A stretch of 64,000 nt of DNA from Squalus acanthias. Its lineage: Eukaryota. The notes below the pieces were generated by a model. That model had not been told where the DNA came from. It was given only the letters and a program-made list of their open reading frames with translations, and ran no database searches. Positions 34,818-48,244 of the stretch are shown piece by piece (position 1 is the stretch's first letter; every line of letters begins with the position of its first letter). The DNA lies in the NCBI GenBank assembly GCA_030390025.1, contig CM059432.1, forward strand, positions 51,710,001 to 51,774,000, given 5' to 3'. A program made the translations under genes and the position numbers.

Positions 34818-37439
34818 TTTGGCCAAAATAACCCCCAATAGGAGAACTGAATGGCTTGGTCCCTTAGAATCCTGACCAAACAAACTGCCTGTATTCTGCA
34901 GAATTTCCATCAAAACAAGCTGGCATTTTAACCCTATATGCACTGTTACAGAAAGAAGCCAAAAACATTGTATGTCACAAACAAAATTCATCACACAGAT
35001 ACCTGACTGATTTTCTCTTCCCTAACCTAGGGCACTGCTGCAAATCCAGGAAATTCCTTGGAGAGGAGAATATAATGCAGTGTTGGCTCAACTACAATTA
35101 AACCTCCTGTAGTGCACATAGAACTGCACAATTAATCAAAATCTTCCACAATTTAGAAATAGTGGGGTACATTGTCTCCCTGGTGCAAAACTGACGTTGC
35201 AGATCGGCCGCCAGTTATAGAAACCGTCCAATTGGGATCAACGGAAATTAAAAGTAGGCGGTGTTTGTAACAGGCGCCGATTCACAATGTCAGTTTTACG
35301 CTCAGGCAGCCAGTAACTCTTATTTAGAAAGAGGGTGAGAGCCTCAAAAGGAAACAGTTGACAAAAATAAAAATTATGGGAGAAGTTGGGAAAATAAAAT
35401 GGACCAAATGTAGTACAAATTTTCAAAATGGGACTTCAATTTAAAATGTAGATGTTAGGCAAGGTAACCGAGATACAAATGATACATTGCAACAGTACCA
35501 AAAAAAAATAAAGGGCAGTTTGCAGGAATTCAATTTACAGAAACAAGGACCTTGAGTCAAGGCCCTTATAAAAATTTCACACAGCTTCAAGAAGTGGCTT
35601 TGCCTGAATGTGCTAGTCTATTTTATTGCAGCATTGTGTGCAATGATCTGGAATGTTTTTGGCAAAAAGCACTATGCTCCTTAAAAGTGAGGAGCTTGGA
35701 GAAAGCTTTCAATATGAAGGAGTCATTTCAAGCATGTCTTGGATACAAGATTTCACCATCCAGTAAATCAGAAACACTGCAGAACACCCAAGGGATTGTG
35801 GCTTACTTATATTTTATTGTAAATGGAAGAAGTGAACATTTTACAGAGACAAATGGTGTAAAAAGTCAATCGGCGTTCCACCAGTCATTTGGCTTTACTG
35901 GCGGATCTCCCGTGCTGTTGCTAAAAGGTAGTGTCGAGTCCGAAGCATGGCTGTCGTGTTTAGCTGCTTATCTGATCCATGTATTTAAGGCTACTGCTCT
36001 GTGTAGGCAAATGCTCTCTGTGTTAATTATAACCATTTCCAACTGCTGAAATTAATCAAAGAGCAGCTGTAACTACTTGTAAATTTCAGGCAACAGGTCA
36101 ATAACCAGCTTTCTTTTTTAATTAAGATTATTTTTGATATGTAATACAGTGCAACGTCTGTGATGTGACAAACACTAGATGCAAGGTTTTTTTCCCCCCA
36201 TGTATAAAGTGGGTTGCTTGTGGCATTGCTCACGGTAAGTTAAATGTTATACTGTTTTGTTAGGATAGGAGTTGTATATCATATAATGCACAATGTGCTA
36301 AGGAGGTACTGTGCGCCTTTAAGACCAGATAGTCTAATCGTTTTGAAGAAAATCGAGGCTTGGGTTATTCAGAGTTTCATTGCTCTTTGGTCAAGGAAGT
36401 TAGCAGAACGGAACATGTTTGTCAATTTCAGCCTGGTGATCAGACACATCCACCATTTTAAGATTGTTTTTGCATCTCTAACAGTGTGATGTCTGCGTGT
36501 GCTGACGTTAAATTTTTAATCTATTTTGGATACTAGAAGATCTCCCATGCTATTGCTCATGGTGAGTCAGAAGCTATGTTCTATAACAATAAGGATATTT
36601 ATGCAATTAGGGGATAACATCAGGACTCCTGTTTTACAGTAGCAAAATACTGCACATGCTGGAAATCTGAAATAAAAATAGAAATTTTTAATGGTGATTT
36701 GGGTATTGAATTCTATAACAGTCTGTTATTGGCCTGAAAAAGCTAGGATACAGCACCCAGCTCTCTGGTTCCAGTTACTTACAGATCAGGTGATGCAAAA
36801 AACCCATAAACTTGTCTGGTGTACAGACTCAGTTGCAGGACAGAAGAATGAAAATGGAAGTGCTCCTCATTAATATGACTTTACAAAAGCACATTTAACC
36901 ACCTCCTGATAGCACTTAACTTGGAGATCTTGAAGAGTTGTTTGAAAATGTGATTAGAGTTTCAGGTCTTGGTGAAGTTCAGTCGAGAATGGTTAAGTTC
37001 TGTGCTGGTCTAGTCAGAAGTGTAGGCCGAAGTTTTCCACTTTAGCGCTCAGCAGCCATCAAGTTTCCATCCATTAAAGTGAAATTGTGGGCTGGCGAAT
37101 GCAGAAGTGAAAATTCTCGTGCTGACTGTATGCATCTTTGTTAGGTCAGTTCATTCCCGTAATTATTCACAGCAGCCAGTACAGCTTTTTCCTTGGAAGG
37201 GAGCTAGCCTAATGCAAGAGGGAGGGGAATTGAAAAATTGCAAAGTACCTGAAATTTAAGGGCCACTTAAAGATGGGAGGCAAAAATTCTTACAGCTTTT
37301 ATAAAGACTCAAAAGGCATTTCAATTCATTTTGGCAGCCTTTGTCAAGGCTGAGGGGGAAGATAGATTTGGGAAAAATGAAATGAATTCATAATTCCAAT
37401 ATATAGAAACTCTTTTTTTAATGTGATGTCACAATATGG

Positions 37440-37900
37440 AGTCTGGTGGCAAGGCCCAGAGTGATAGAACACCTAAATCCTTGTTTCATGGCTGGCAAAG
37501 TGGGCATTATGCTGCATGAGGTGGGTGTGAGAAGGGTTGCCCTGTTGGCACTACAGGGTATCCTTCCCATAAGGCAGTGGTTCAGTGTGCCTAAAATAAG
37601 GCTCAGACATGAAGGCCAAGGATCGAAACCTTGGTAGTGATGTGCTTACATAGTAAGTTGGCTGTAAGTGTCCTTACAGTAGATGGCAAAGCTCTGCAAC
37701 TGGCTCCATGCTGACCTGACACCTACGGAGACAGTTATCCTTTGTCATTGGCAGGTAGATGTGCCCAGGCCAGTAGGCATCATAGTTGACATAATGGCAG
37801 GTGTGGCAAATGTGGCTCAGGTGTACGCTGATCTTCTTGGCATGCTTTCTTTCATCTTATACCACTTCAAACATGAAATACTATACTTGAGGCACATCCT
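37440..37900 (-). mobile_element. Possible very old Harbinger-type transposase remnant
   Basis: Eroded motifs HIYLP, GYP, MKQGFRC in the expected order. Confidence 0.35.
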
Positions 37901-38399
37901 AAAGCAACCCTCATCATAAACTTTAACTTCACTAGCCGCTTCCCAGTTAACTCTGCAACTTGCAATTAGCTGCCTTTTAGCAACCTACACTCCTGAAAGA
38001 AGAATTCCTTTTCGTGTTGCTTCTTTTTTTCCACCTGTTCCTATTTTGCTGAAATCCTGTAAATACTTTACTGACCGTGCACTTTGTGGTGATGAAGTGA
38101 GCAATAAAGGGATTATTTTTGGTCGGGGATATTTTAAATGAACTATTCCATATGAGTAAAAAAAGAGTGACTCTCCAAAAAAAATTTAACAAATTCATAG
38201 AAATTTCAGAAATATTGAAAATATCAAAAGAGAAGCACATTATTAAAAAGTGCCATAAACACTGCAGCCAAAACCCCCTCTAAAACCTGTTCCCCTTTCA
38301 GAGCACCGTCACGGTCGGGGCTTCTCCTGTGCCCATTTAAAATGGGATTTGAAGGCAAGAAACGTAATTTTGGTGCAAGAGCAGGGAAGTTGCACAGAG

Positions 38400-38564
38400 T
38401 AATTTTGAATTTTTCAAGACTGAGATCGATAGATTTTTATTTGGTAAAGGTATCAAGGGATACGGATGAAAGGTGGGCAAATGTAGTTGAGCTACAGTTC
38501 TGCCATGATCTAATTGAATGGTGGAACAAGCTCGAGGGGCTGAATGGCCTACTCTTGTTCCTAT
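38400..38564 (+). mobile_element. CR1 3' end
   Basis: CTCGAGGGGCTGAATGGCCTACTC 3' UTR motif. Confidence 0.8.
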
Positions 38565-40342
38565 GGCCACGATTTTGCTGACCAAGGCGGGTCTGGGGCG
38601 GCCGGGGTCAGTGTCGCGGTCCCAGCCTGCTCCCGGCTCCAGCCCGCTCTCTCTGAGTGATTTTACGTAGATCGGGCTTGTTAAGCCTGCCCTGCAGGGT
38701 TCCTGGCCAATAAAATAAAAGCGGGTCTGATGATGTCATTTGATGACGCGTCATCAGCCAGTTTCCTTAAAGGGGCCATGTCCACATTCATTTTGACAGT
38801 TGTGCTGTCAGAGTTCTGCAGCACTGAGGTGCTGCAAACACTGACAAGCACAGCACAGAGGTGCACAGCTATACCGAGGCTCTCGCATGACTCCCTCCAT
38901 ATGCTTATGGAGGGAGTCACAGCACGCAGGGAGGTTCTCTTCCCTTCCAAGGGTGGAAGAGACCTCCCCAGGAGATCAACGCAGCCTGGTTGCACATTGC
39001 ACAGGAGGGCAAAAGCAGGGATATTGTCAGGAGGACCAGGCTGCAGTGGCGCAAACCTTTCAATGATCTCAGTAGATCACAAAATGTTACTGCAAAGCCA
39101 CACTCAACCTCATCCTGCTGTGCCACTCATCACATCCCCATCACTCTGCCTTTCCTACCCTACTCCTGCACATCCTTACTCACATCAACTTACTTTGCAC
39201 CTCTACCCATCCCTCTCTATCTACATTATCACTTCCCCATCTCACTTGCCACCCCTCACATTCACCCTCATCCTAGTCCAATCATACCAACTAACAACAC
39301 ACAAGGGTAGGCACTTGGGTGTCTTATGCAATGTTCATGTAAATTTTCTGTTAATGTGTTGTCAAACATTAAAATCTTTATTTTCAACACTTTGCCTTAT
39401 TGGACAGATCTGTGCTCACCTTTAGAAGTGTCTTAGTGAGTTCCAGTGAATGTTGAGACATAACTTCCCCTCCCCCACAAATGTGAAAAGTGTGAAAGGA
39501 ATGGCTTGGTCATTGTAGGGATGCTTTAGGTGCTGGTCTGGGACGGTGTCAACCTGGTGCATCATGTGGCAGCCAGGGTGTACAGCGTTAAGTGAAGTAA
39601 ATCTGGCCATGGTGATGCCATCGCTGGCCTCCCGGGCAGCAATGTTGTCAGGTGCTGATGGCCTGTGTCCTGTGCAGCATCAGGTGATTGCGGAGAAGGT
39701 TGGTGTTGTTGGTGTGCCTGGTGATGTTGGTGTTGGGGCTGATCGTGGAGGGATTCAGAGGACCAAGGTGGGATTTTTTCAAGGGCACTGATGTTGCTGC
39801 AATGGATGGCAGCTGAGGTTGAGATGACAGAAGCGATCTGTCAATGGTGAGAGAGCTTGCTCCCAGGAGGTGACAGTGGATAGAGAGTTTACTCCAAATA
39901 CTTTCAAACTGCATACAGGTCAAAAGTGTCTTCCAAGTCCTGAAGGCTCAAGCTTCTGACATTGGAAAGTGAACAGCTGTGAAATGGTATCTTTCATACC
40001 ACTTTTGCAGCTGCCACCTATTCACAGCAATGGGGAGACAGAGAGTAGCCGACCTACTTACCTGGCGTGATCTCCGGACAACGTGAACCTTGTTAAAAAA
40101 GTGGTAAAATAGAAAAAGGCTGGCAAAATAGTAGTTAACAAGCGTTTAACAAGCATTTAACTATCTTAAATGCCTCCCCCGCCGCTTGGTGTCGGGCCTG
40201 TTCTGAATTCGCAGACCCGACACTTTGGAAACTTACATGCAGACGGGTTCGGAGCGGGCTTCCAACCCACTGTCAATCATTCCGATTTTGACAGCGGACC
40301 CGTCTCCAAACCTGCCCTCTGAGCGCTGGCAAAATTCAGCCC
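38565..40342 (+). mobile_element. Non-autonomous Harbinger H3 (Myb exon 1 on plus, transposase 5' remnant on minus)
   Basis: TIR GGCCACGATTTT / AAAATTCAGCCC; TSD TAT; PRLSHDSLHMLMEGV..LQWRKPFNDL. Confidence 0.9.
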
Positions 40343-41794
40343 TATGTGTATATATGTAAATATCTGATTCTGATGGAGTAAATGGCTTTTTCAAAGTTTC
40401 ATGCTTTCTTCTGCCCCTATTAGTTCACCGATAAGTGCACGCAAGCAAACTTTTATTGGCAGAGACAGCTTGCCAGAAAGGTCTCTGGAATTTTAATATT
40501 CCTTTAGTTGGTCTACATAAACTATATTTTATAAATAGGAACAAGCACACTTATGCACCACATTGCTTTCACTTGTCCTAGTCTTGTCGTAATTATCAAA
40601 GTATTGTGAATACATTCGACGTAAGTAGTTGACAGCTTGCAGACAGTGTAAGAAGAGAAAAAATGCTCTGTAAAATTGTCCTTTGTTGCCATACCAATAG
40701 CATTTTATATGAGTTTTCTATTAATCCTTTGAGAACAGTAGTAAAATTCTTTGCAGCAAAACAAAAATGCTACAAATTTGCAATTTATTTTTGCTATAAT
40801 ATAAATTTAAGCTTCAGTGGTTCTGTGCATTTCTTTAATTCTAATATTCATAATTCCAATATATAGAAACTTTTTTTAATGTTATATTCCAGGTAGAACA
40901 TAATTGGACATTTTGAAAGATGTTGCAAACATTCAACGGTGGAATGGTTTGCAGCCATACACAATGTGAGTTATGTCAGACATGATACATTGTAGTGAGG
41001 GAGGTATCACAGAAATCAGTTACCATTGTTATTTACTGGCCCATGATAATTGTAGAATGAATTTAGACTAAGTATTTGAAGCCCATTGCATTTTATAACA
41101 AGACATCATTTTATACCTTTTAATTATAGTAGTGGTCAATTAGTAGCCACATTCTGTTCAAATCAAGGCATCACGGTGAACCAGAAAATAAACATACTCT
41201 CCTTTAAAAATAAATATTTAGCAAGCTTTTTTTGAGGGGAGAGGGAGGAACCCCATCATGTTGCTGCAATGAGTAGGCACAATAATGCATTTGATGTGAT
41301 TTATGTCTTTGCTCATGCAAACAAACAAAAAATCCCATGTTAGGAGTGCCATTTGTACTTTACTGCCGTGCCACTATGGTGAAATTGCCGTTTAAATAAA
41401 AACAAAGCAAATCTCTGTTTTTCTGCCTAATTGACAACCTTCTAATGAAATCAGGTTCTCAGAAATGTCCCATTTCAAAGATGTGCATCTGTGTACTGTC
41501 ATTAGCCGGCCATTCATTTTGAAGAAAAGTGGGGGGTGGTTGCGGGGGGGGAAGGGATCATTTTAATCTAACCCGCCCGGCTGTAATCATACACGATCAG
41601 ATCGGCTGCTCATTTTACTCGCCGCCTGATTTTACTTTCCATCGACTGATCTGATCCCCTCAGTTTCCCGCCAGGTGGGTTGGGTTAAAATTACTCTTGG
41701 GTATTCTCCAAATTATCATTTTTAAAAAAGGAATCTCGCCCTTTAGGTGGTTCTAACAAAAAAAAAGAAAACTACAAACATCCAATAGTAGTGC

Positions 41795-42070
41795 ATAAGA
41801 CAAGGGCAGCAGGCACATGGGAACACCACCACCTCCAAGTTCCCCTCCAAGTCACACACCATCCTGACTTGGAAATATATCGCCGATCCTTCATCGTCGC
41901 TGGGTCAAAATCCTGGAACTCCCTAACAGCACTGTGGGAGTACCTTCACCACACGGACTGCAGCGGTTCAAGAAGGCGGCTCACCACCACCTTCTCGAGG
42001 GCAATTAGGGATGGGCAATAAATGCTGGCCTTGCCAGTGATGCCCAGATCCCATGAACAAATAAAAAAAA
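41795..42070 (+). mobile_element. LINE 3' end (tail matches SINE family 2)
   Basis: SFIVAGSKSWNSL, then the GGGATGGGCAATAAATGCTGGCC tail and poly(A). Confidence 0.85.
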
Positions 42071-44178
42071 ATAAACACTACACAAACTTCCTATTAGATA
42101 CTTATATAAGAAAAACGTGAATTATTAGCATTTTGCCGAAGAAATCAACCTGGAAAAACCCATGATTATGTCACATGTGAGAAAGGACTATCGTGTCTTT
42201 GCTATACATAATACAATACATTGCGTTGCATGTCAATATATTGAGGATAAAAGCTTTTGCAACAACTTTACAGTGATGGTAATCTTTATAGTTCCAGGAA
42301 CAACAACAAATTGGGAAACTCATCCCCAGGAAATCTGAAGCATTTTTCAAAAATCTGCAGCAAATTCACACCAAACATGCTCGGACTACCGTATTTTTTG
42401 ACTCTTGCAAAACATGGGTCTGTTGCTCATCATAAAGATTTTATTCAAATTATACTTTTTTAACAAATTCAATGATGGTTACGAAAGTGATAGAGAACAA
42501 AAAACAACGTGCTTTCTTCTGAATCATCAAAAATGAGCAAATGTTGGATGTATTTATTGAAAAATAAATAAAAGCTGAAAAAGGTGCATTGCAATGAAAA
42601 TAAGATTTAGCTGATGTCACAGATGTAATATTTCCTTCATCCCCAATTTAGCCCTTCACTTAGATTTTTCAATAATAAAAAGTACTTGTTCTCCAAAGTA
42701 AACAAGACGTGTATGTAGTTACCATAATAAATATTATGCATTGATAGGTAACTGCTCAGTTTCAAAGATGAGAACTGTTAGGTTACATGATGACATGGAG
42801 GATCACTTCGGCACAGGAAGCTGTATTCTCCCAAAGTGAAGATTCACAGTAATTGAGCCTATCTTCATTAAAACCTGTAATTACATTTTACTCATCACAG
42901 TGGGCACAATAAGAAAATTGCTTGAGCTTGAAATGAATCTACATAGCTTTTTCTGCCATCACAATGGGATCGTCTTTCACTTCTGTCTAACATAACAAGG
43001 TTAGTAAAGTTTTGAGAGAAGTGAAATTTAAGTCTAAAAAGAAAAACGAATGTTGGATATGTTTCTTCCTCTAGTAAGGTACAAGGCCTAATAATGACCA
43101 TCTGCTGTAGTCTTTTATTTATTCAAATCAAAATCTTATGTATGTTGCAGCAGGTAATGCAGATACAATTTCTTCAGTGAGTCTGTGTTATCTGTTTCAG
43201 CCAAGTGTGAAATTAAAAAATTCTCCCTACAGCGCCTAGTATCAGTTTGGGAGCTTGTATTCAATCAAGTGGGTATATTCAGATCCTGAGACCACATTAG
43301 AAAGCAACTGTTTATGGTTAGAGTATATTAGATGGCAAGCCTTAAAGACCCTAAAAAACGGTATTAATGGTAAACATTACAATCTCCCTGGCATGTTTCT
43401 GAAAATCCTTTAGTATATCCACCAAAAGTAAGGTCATCAGCCTATGTTAACAAAACAGAATTTCTTTACATAAGTATATATTGAAGACAGTAAATCCTGA
43501 AAAATCACATCAAAATGAATGATAGTAAGACACCATCCCTCACTGGGTAAATGCAACATGTGATGTAGCTCTGGCCCATATAGAGCAGGAAGATCCTTGG
43601 TTTGATGCTAGTTCGGTGATCTCCAGCAGTTCGGTATTGGGAATGCTGCAACTGACCTCAGTGTTACTGGGTTAAGTGGGAAATAATTGACCAGGGTTAC
43701 AGCTCATGATAGCCATACAGTGACCTCTGCCAGAAAGTGCACGTCCGTGGGTCTCTAACTGAAGATGCAATTGATTGTGATGGTGTTCGTAATTGAATAA
43801 TCTGCTAACAGTAATGCATGAAGAATATTCACCGTGGTAAAGTATTGCAGGGCTGCGATTGTTTGTGGAACTATAAAGAATGAACTCGCATTTATTTAGT
43901 GCCTTTCATGTCCTTAAAGTGCTTGGCAGCCAATGAAGTACTTTTGAAGTGTAGCCATTGTTGTAACAATTCTGATGCCTTGTGATCTAGTTTCCAATGA
44001 TAATTATACAGGTTTTCTGACATGTATCAGTTTATCCTGGTGGACTATGGGGAGGGGTGCTGGGGTTAGGAAAGTGTCCGATTTATCTGTGTGCTTGTAG
44101 GGCATGAAGCATATTGATTGGCTAAATTTTGCAGGAATTATGTTGATTGGCTGCAATTTCATATTTACTAAAAAGCAT

Positions 44179-45072
44179 GGGGGAAAAATTCAGTTGGTTG
44201 CGCCTCCCGTTAGCGCCTTAAGAGGGCGCTAATGGGGCGCAAAAGAGTCTAGCGCCTGGGCGCGGCGATGTTTGCGCCGCTCGCAAAATTAACTAGACAT
44301 TTTGCGGCGGCGCTAAACACTACCACCACGATCTCCTGCGCCAGCAGATCGTGACGTCAGTCGAGTGCGCAACGCCCCGGTATCACCCCGGAGCAGATAT
44401 TGAGTGGCGCCCCCTGCCTTACCGCCTGCCGCTAGCAACGACAGGTTGAGGGGAGCGTTTTGCAGTCAGGAAGGGACTGGGGGAGCGCTATTTAAAGGTG
44501 ACCGCTTCTTGCCTTTTATTGTTGGTGACATTTTAGAACCACGCATTCTGAGAGAAAGAGAGAGAGACTTCTGGAGAGATTCAACGCTGTGTGAAGGAGT
44601 TTTGGGTACTGAGCAGCACTTTGCAGGTTCATTTTGATTTGCCCTTCCTTGTAACGATTTAGAAGAGACTGTGGGGTCTGCACTCTGAGCTCTTTCCCTG
44701 GTACTCTTCATTGTTCTTTCCAGCAGATTTGATGTGCAGGTCTCTCCAGGCCGAGATTCAAGGCTGCAATGAGTAGGATGTGGATGGAAAGCAAGATCAA
44801 CCCTCCCCTTTAAGAACTGGCCCGCGCCATTGTGTCTGTGTTCCATTGCTGACTGACATCACATGAGCTTCGCCAGCGCTCTGAGGTAGCGCCTCGCTCC
44901 TCGGCCTTTGCGCCTTAAGACAGGTGTGAAGCGCCTGATTTAGCGCTCCAATCACCTCCAGGGGCGATAAAAGTCAAGTTTGCAGTCGGTGGCGATAATT
45001 AACGCCAGGCGCTAATCTTAGCGCCCGGACGATAATTGCGCCCCAAATGGGGCGATACTGAATTTCTCCCCC
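44179..45072 (+). mobile_element. Non-autonomous Harbinger-like element, family B (complete)
   Basis: TIR GGGGAAAAAATT / AATTTCTCCCCC; exact TSD CAT (44176-78, 45073-75). Confidence 0.92.
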
Positions 45073-45564
45073 CATATGTTCAAAACTCACCCCAAAAATT
45101 CCCATTCACAAGAAAAAAATGCATCCTGAAAATTTGTTTCCACCCGCCTCAGTGTAAACCACTAAAAATGGAAATCTGCAGGATGTTGATCTTGGCATGT
45201 GACAGGATCCATCTGCCATTGGCCTCTGGCTCGGACTGCAAAGTATGCAGGGTCAAGTTGAGGTCACTAAATTTAAATAATCTAGGCAGGTGCCTTTGCC
45301 CCACTAGAGATGCATCTTGAGCCCCCATCAGAGGGAGAAAGCTGCAAAATGCAGCTGGGGGTGCCTGCTCCATAGGGGAAGGGTGATATGGACCAAGAGG
45401 CCCACCAGAAAGCTGGTGGAAATATGTCCAGTGGCTCCATTTATAAGGAGATCAGCAATTTTTTTAAATCTTCAGGGGTCTAGACCATAATCCAGGCCTT
45501 ACTTTCACTTGACCGCAGGCTGCTACATTTGCTGTCACTATGCATACCAGCCTGCCAGCCTAGG

Positions 45565-45965
45565 ATCAGAGGAACAGGAGTAGGCCATTCAGCCCTCGAG
45601 CCTGTTCCACCATTCAATTAAATCATGGCTGATCTGTACTGCAACTCCATTTACCTGCCTTTGCTCCTTATCCCTTAATATCCTAACCTAACAAAAATCT
45701 ATCTTTCTCAGTTGTGAATTTTTCAATTGACCTAACCTCAACAGAGTTTTTGAGGGAGAGAATTCCAGATTTCCACTACCCTTTTTGTGAAAAAGTGCTT
45801 TCTGACATCAGACCCTGAACAGCCTAGCTCGAATTTTAAGAAAATGCCCCCTTATTCTGGACTCCCCCCACCAGCGGAAATAGTTTCTCTCTATCTACCC
45901 TTTCAAATCCTTTAATCATCTTAAACATCTCAATTAGATCACCCCTCAATCTTCTATATTCAAAG
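45565..45965 (-). mobile_element. CR1 3' fragment
   Basis: RRLRGDLIEMFKMIKG..EKLFPL plus 3' UTR. Confidence 0.85.
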
Positions 45966-46679
45966 TCATGCCCCCTCTGACACCACTGCCCTTGTTTGAA
46001 ATGGGTGGATGCTCCTCTACCCCAAACAAAGCCCTGCATAAACTGACAGGGAAAGCTGGGAGCACAACTGAACAAATTTCAGTCCCTTCCACCGGACAAT
46101 GGAAAGTACCATAAGAGCTGATGATTTTTGGCCCTACAATCTATAACATCAATAATTCTGGAAAAAAAATTATAAGTTTATTAATAATCTCGCCCGTCCC
46201 ATCTTCCAATACCTTTGGCCCACCCAAGCTTTTCTTCCCTCAGGACCATGAGCTTATTATCTGCTCCACTTTTGGAGCTTGGATCTTACAGATAGGCTTT
46301 GGGTCTTAATATTTTTCAGCTCTCTGCACATGCACAGCAGTCCTTTGCTGTACCCTGGCCTCTCATGCATGACTAATTGAGAGTCTTCGACACACCATCT
46401 CTCTCTGGCAGCTTCCATTCTTGGCTCAGCCCATGTCCTTCTTATGGCATTTCATGCTCTCTACTCTTGGCTGCTGGACTCTTTGCATTTGGCAGCCACC
46501 TCTTTGCTCCAGGTGGCCACAAAGAAGCCATATAGGGAGATTGAGACTTGCAGAAAAGAGAGAAGATTGAGGAAAAGAGAGACTTACACAAATTGTGGGA
46601 GAAAAACAGTTGATGACAAATAGTGATGTAGACATCTCTGAGAACCAGAGTCAGAAGAGAGAGAAAGGATGATATTGTT

Positions 46680-47125
46680 TTTTATTATTCATTCACGGGA
46701 TGTGGGCATCACTGGCAAGGCCAGCTTTTATTGCCCATCCCTAATTGCCCCCGAGAAGGTGGTGGTGAGCCACCTTCTTGAACCTGTTGCAGTCCATGAC
46801 ACTTTTTCATAGTGATTTGGTACAACTGAGTGGCTTGTAGTCCACTTCAGAGGGCAGTTAAGATTCAACCACATTGCTGTGGGTCTGGAGTCACGTATAG
46901 GCCAGACCGGGTAAGGACGGCAGATTTCCTTCCCTAAAGGACATTAGTGAACTAGACGGGTTTTTACGACAATCCAACAGGTTCATGGTCACCATTACTG
47001 ATACTAGCTTTTTATTCCAGATGTATTTTATTAACTGAATTTAAATTCACCCAGCTGCCGTGGGGGGATTTGAACTCACATCTCTGGATCATTAGTCTAG
47101 TAACATAACCACTATGCTACCATAC
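46680..47125 (-). mobile_element. SINE family 2, near full length
   Basis: tRNA-like head (GGTAGCATAGTGG..GAGTTCAAATCCC) and the LINE tail of 41968-42070. Confidence 0.85.
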
Positions 47126-47779
47126 CCAATAAAATGAATCAGACATGAAGATTGACTGAAAAAGAATTAGAGCTTAAGAAAGAACAAGAGAGATAGTTAC
47201 AGGAAGAGATGCTTTTAAAATTCATGAGCAATGCTACTAGAGATCAACTGGTATCTTATAAAAATTGAAAGATACCCAGTGCAATTCAGTTCTGGGAAAT
47301 GATCCATGTTAGCTATTTTGTTCAGCTAGACCATGGCTCAAACAAACAATAATATACAGTAATAAACTTACCCAAATGTCAAGCACAACTTCTGTAATAT
47401 TGTCTACACTACAAAAAAATTGTTGCAAAAGGGAATTTTTCACGTTTACTCCTGGTATGGATCCTTGCCCACTAGGGAGTTATTGCAAGGAAATTACAGG
47501 CCCGCTTGCCCTGATTTTCCAGCCACTAATTTTATTTGGCAGAAAATCGCAGGGAATGTGCTCATGGTTTCCCAACATGCACTTGCAGTGGGTGAGGTCC
47601 CACAGCTCTCTACAGCCAAGTATAGTCACTGTTGTTAGTTAGGCAGACACGGGAGCCAATCTGTGCACAGCATAGTCTCACAAATAGCAAATGAATGAAC
47701 AAATAAAATGTTTATGGTGGTGTTGGCTGAGGGAGAGATGTTGGCTGACACCTGTGCTATCATTCTCTTGGTCCATGCT

Positions 47780-48210
47780 AATTAATTTACACTTATCCAC
47801 ATTGACCTGCATCTGACCCAATTACCTAAACAAATCTACATCCTTTTGAATTTGGTTATATTGTTTCTCATTATTTGACTGCCCCCTATTTTGGTATCAC
47901 CTGAAATTTTCAAGACTTTCTTGCAAAATCACTTACAAAGTCATTTTACCTCATATTCTGTAATTCCTAACTGCAGCTCTTAAATTGCCAACGTGGAACC
48001 TTGACAAAGCTGCCTGAAAATCCAAGTATATATAATTCTCCATCATGTCAGCAATGTCTTCAAAGAACTCTAACAGGTTAGCTAAACATGACCTCCCTGT
48101 TCTGAATTCGCTCTGAATGTGCTTTAATAGGTTATACTTTTCAAAGTGTTCACATGCTAGGTCTCTGAAAATAGCTTCAAAGACTTTGCCTACAACTGAT
48201 ATTAAACTTA
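47780..48210 (-). mobile_element. Old CR1-like RT fragment
   Basis: YLDFQAALS-, FQVIPK/GG- and QVNVDKCK-like eroded motifs. Confidence 0.55.
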
Positions 48211-48244
48211 GTCACAAACTGAAAAATAAACAATTTAATGTCTC

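Noticed and set aside
35552..36049. 165-aa ORF as a host gene
   Set aside because: Non-ATG start, no recognisable domain, no supporting splice structure.
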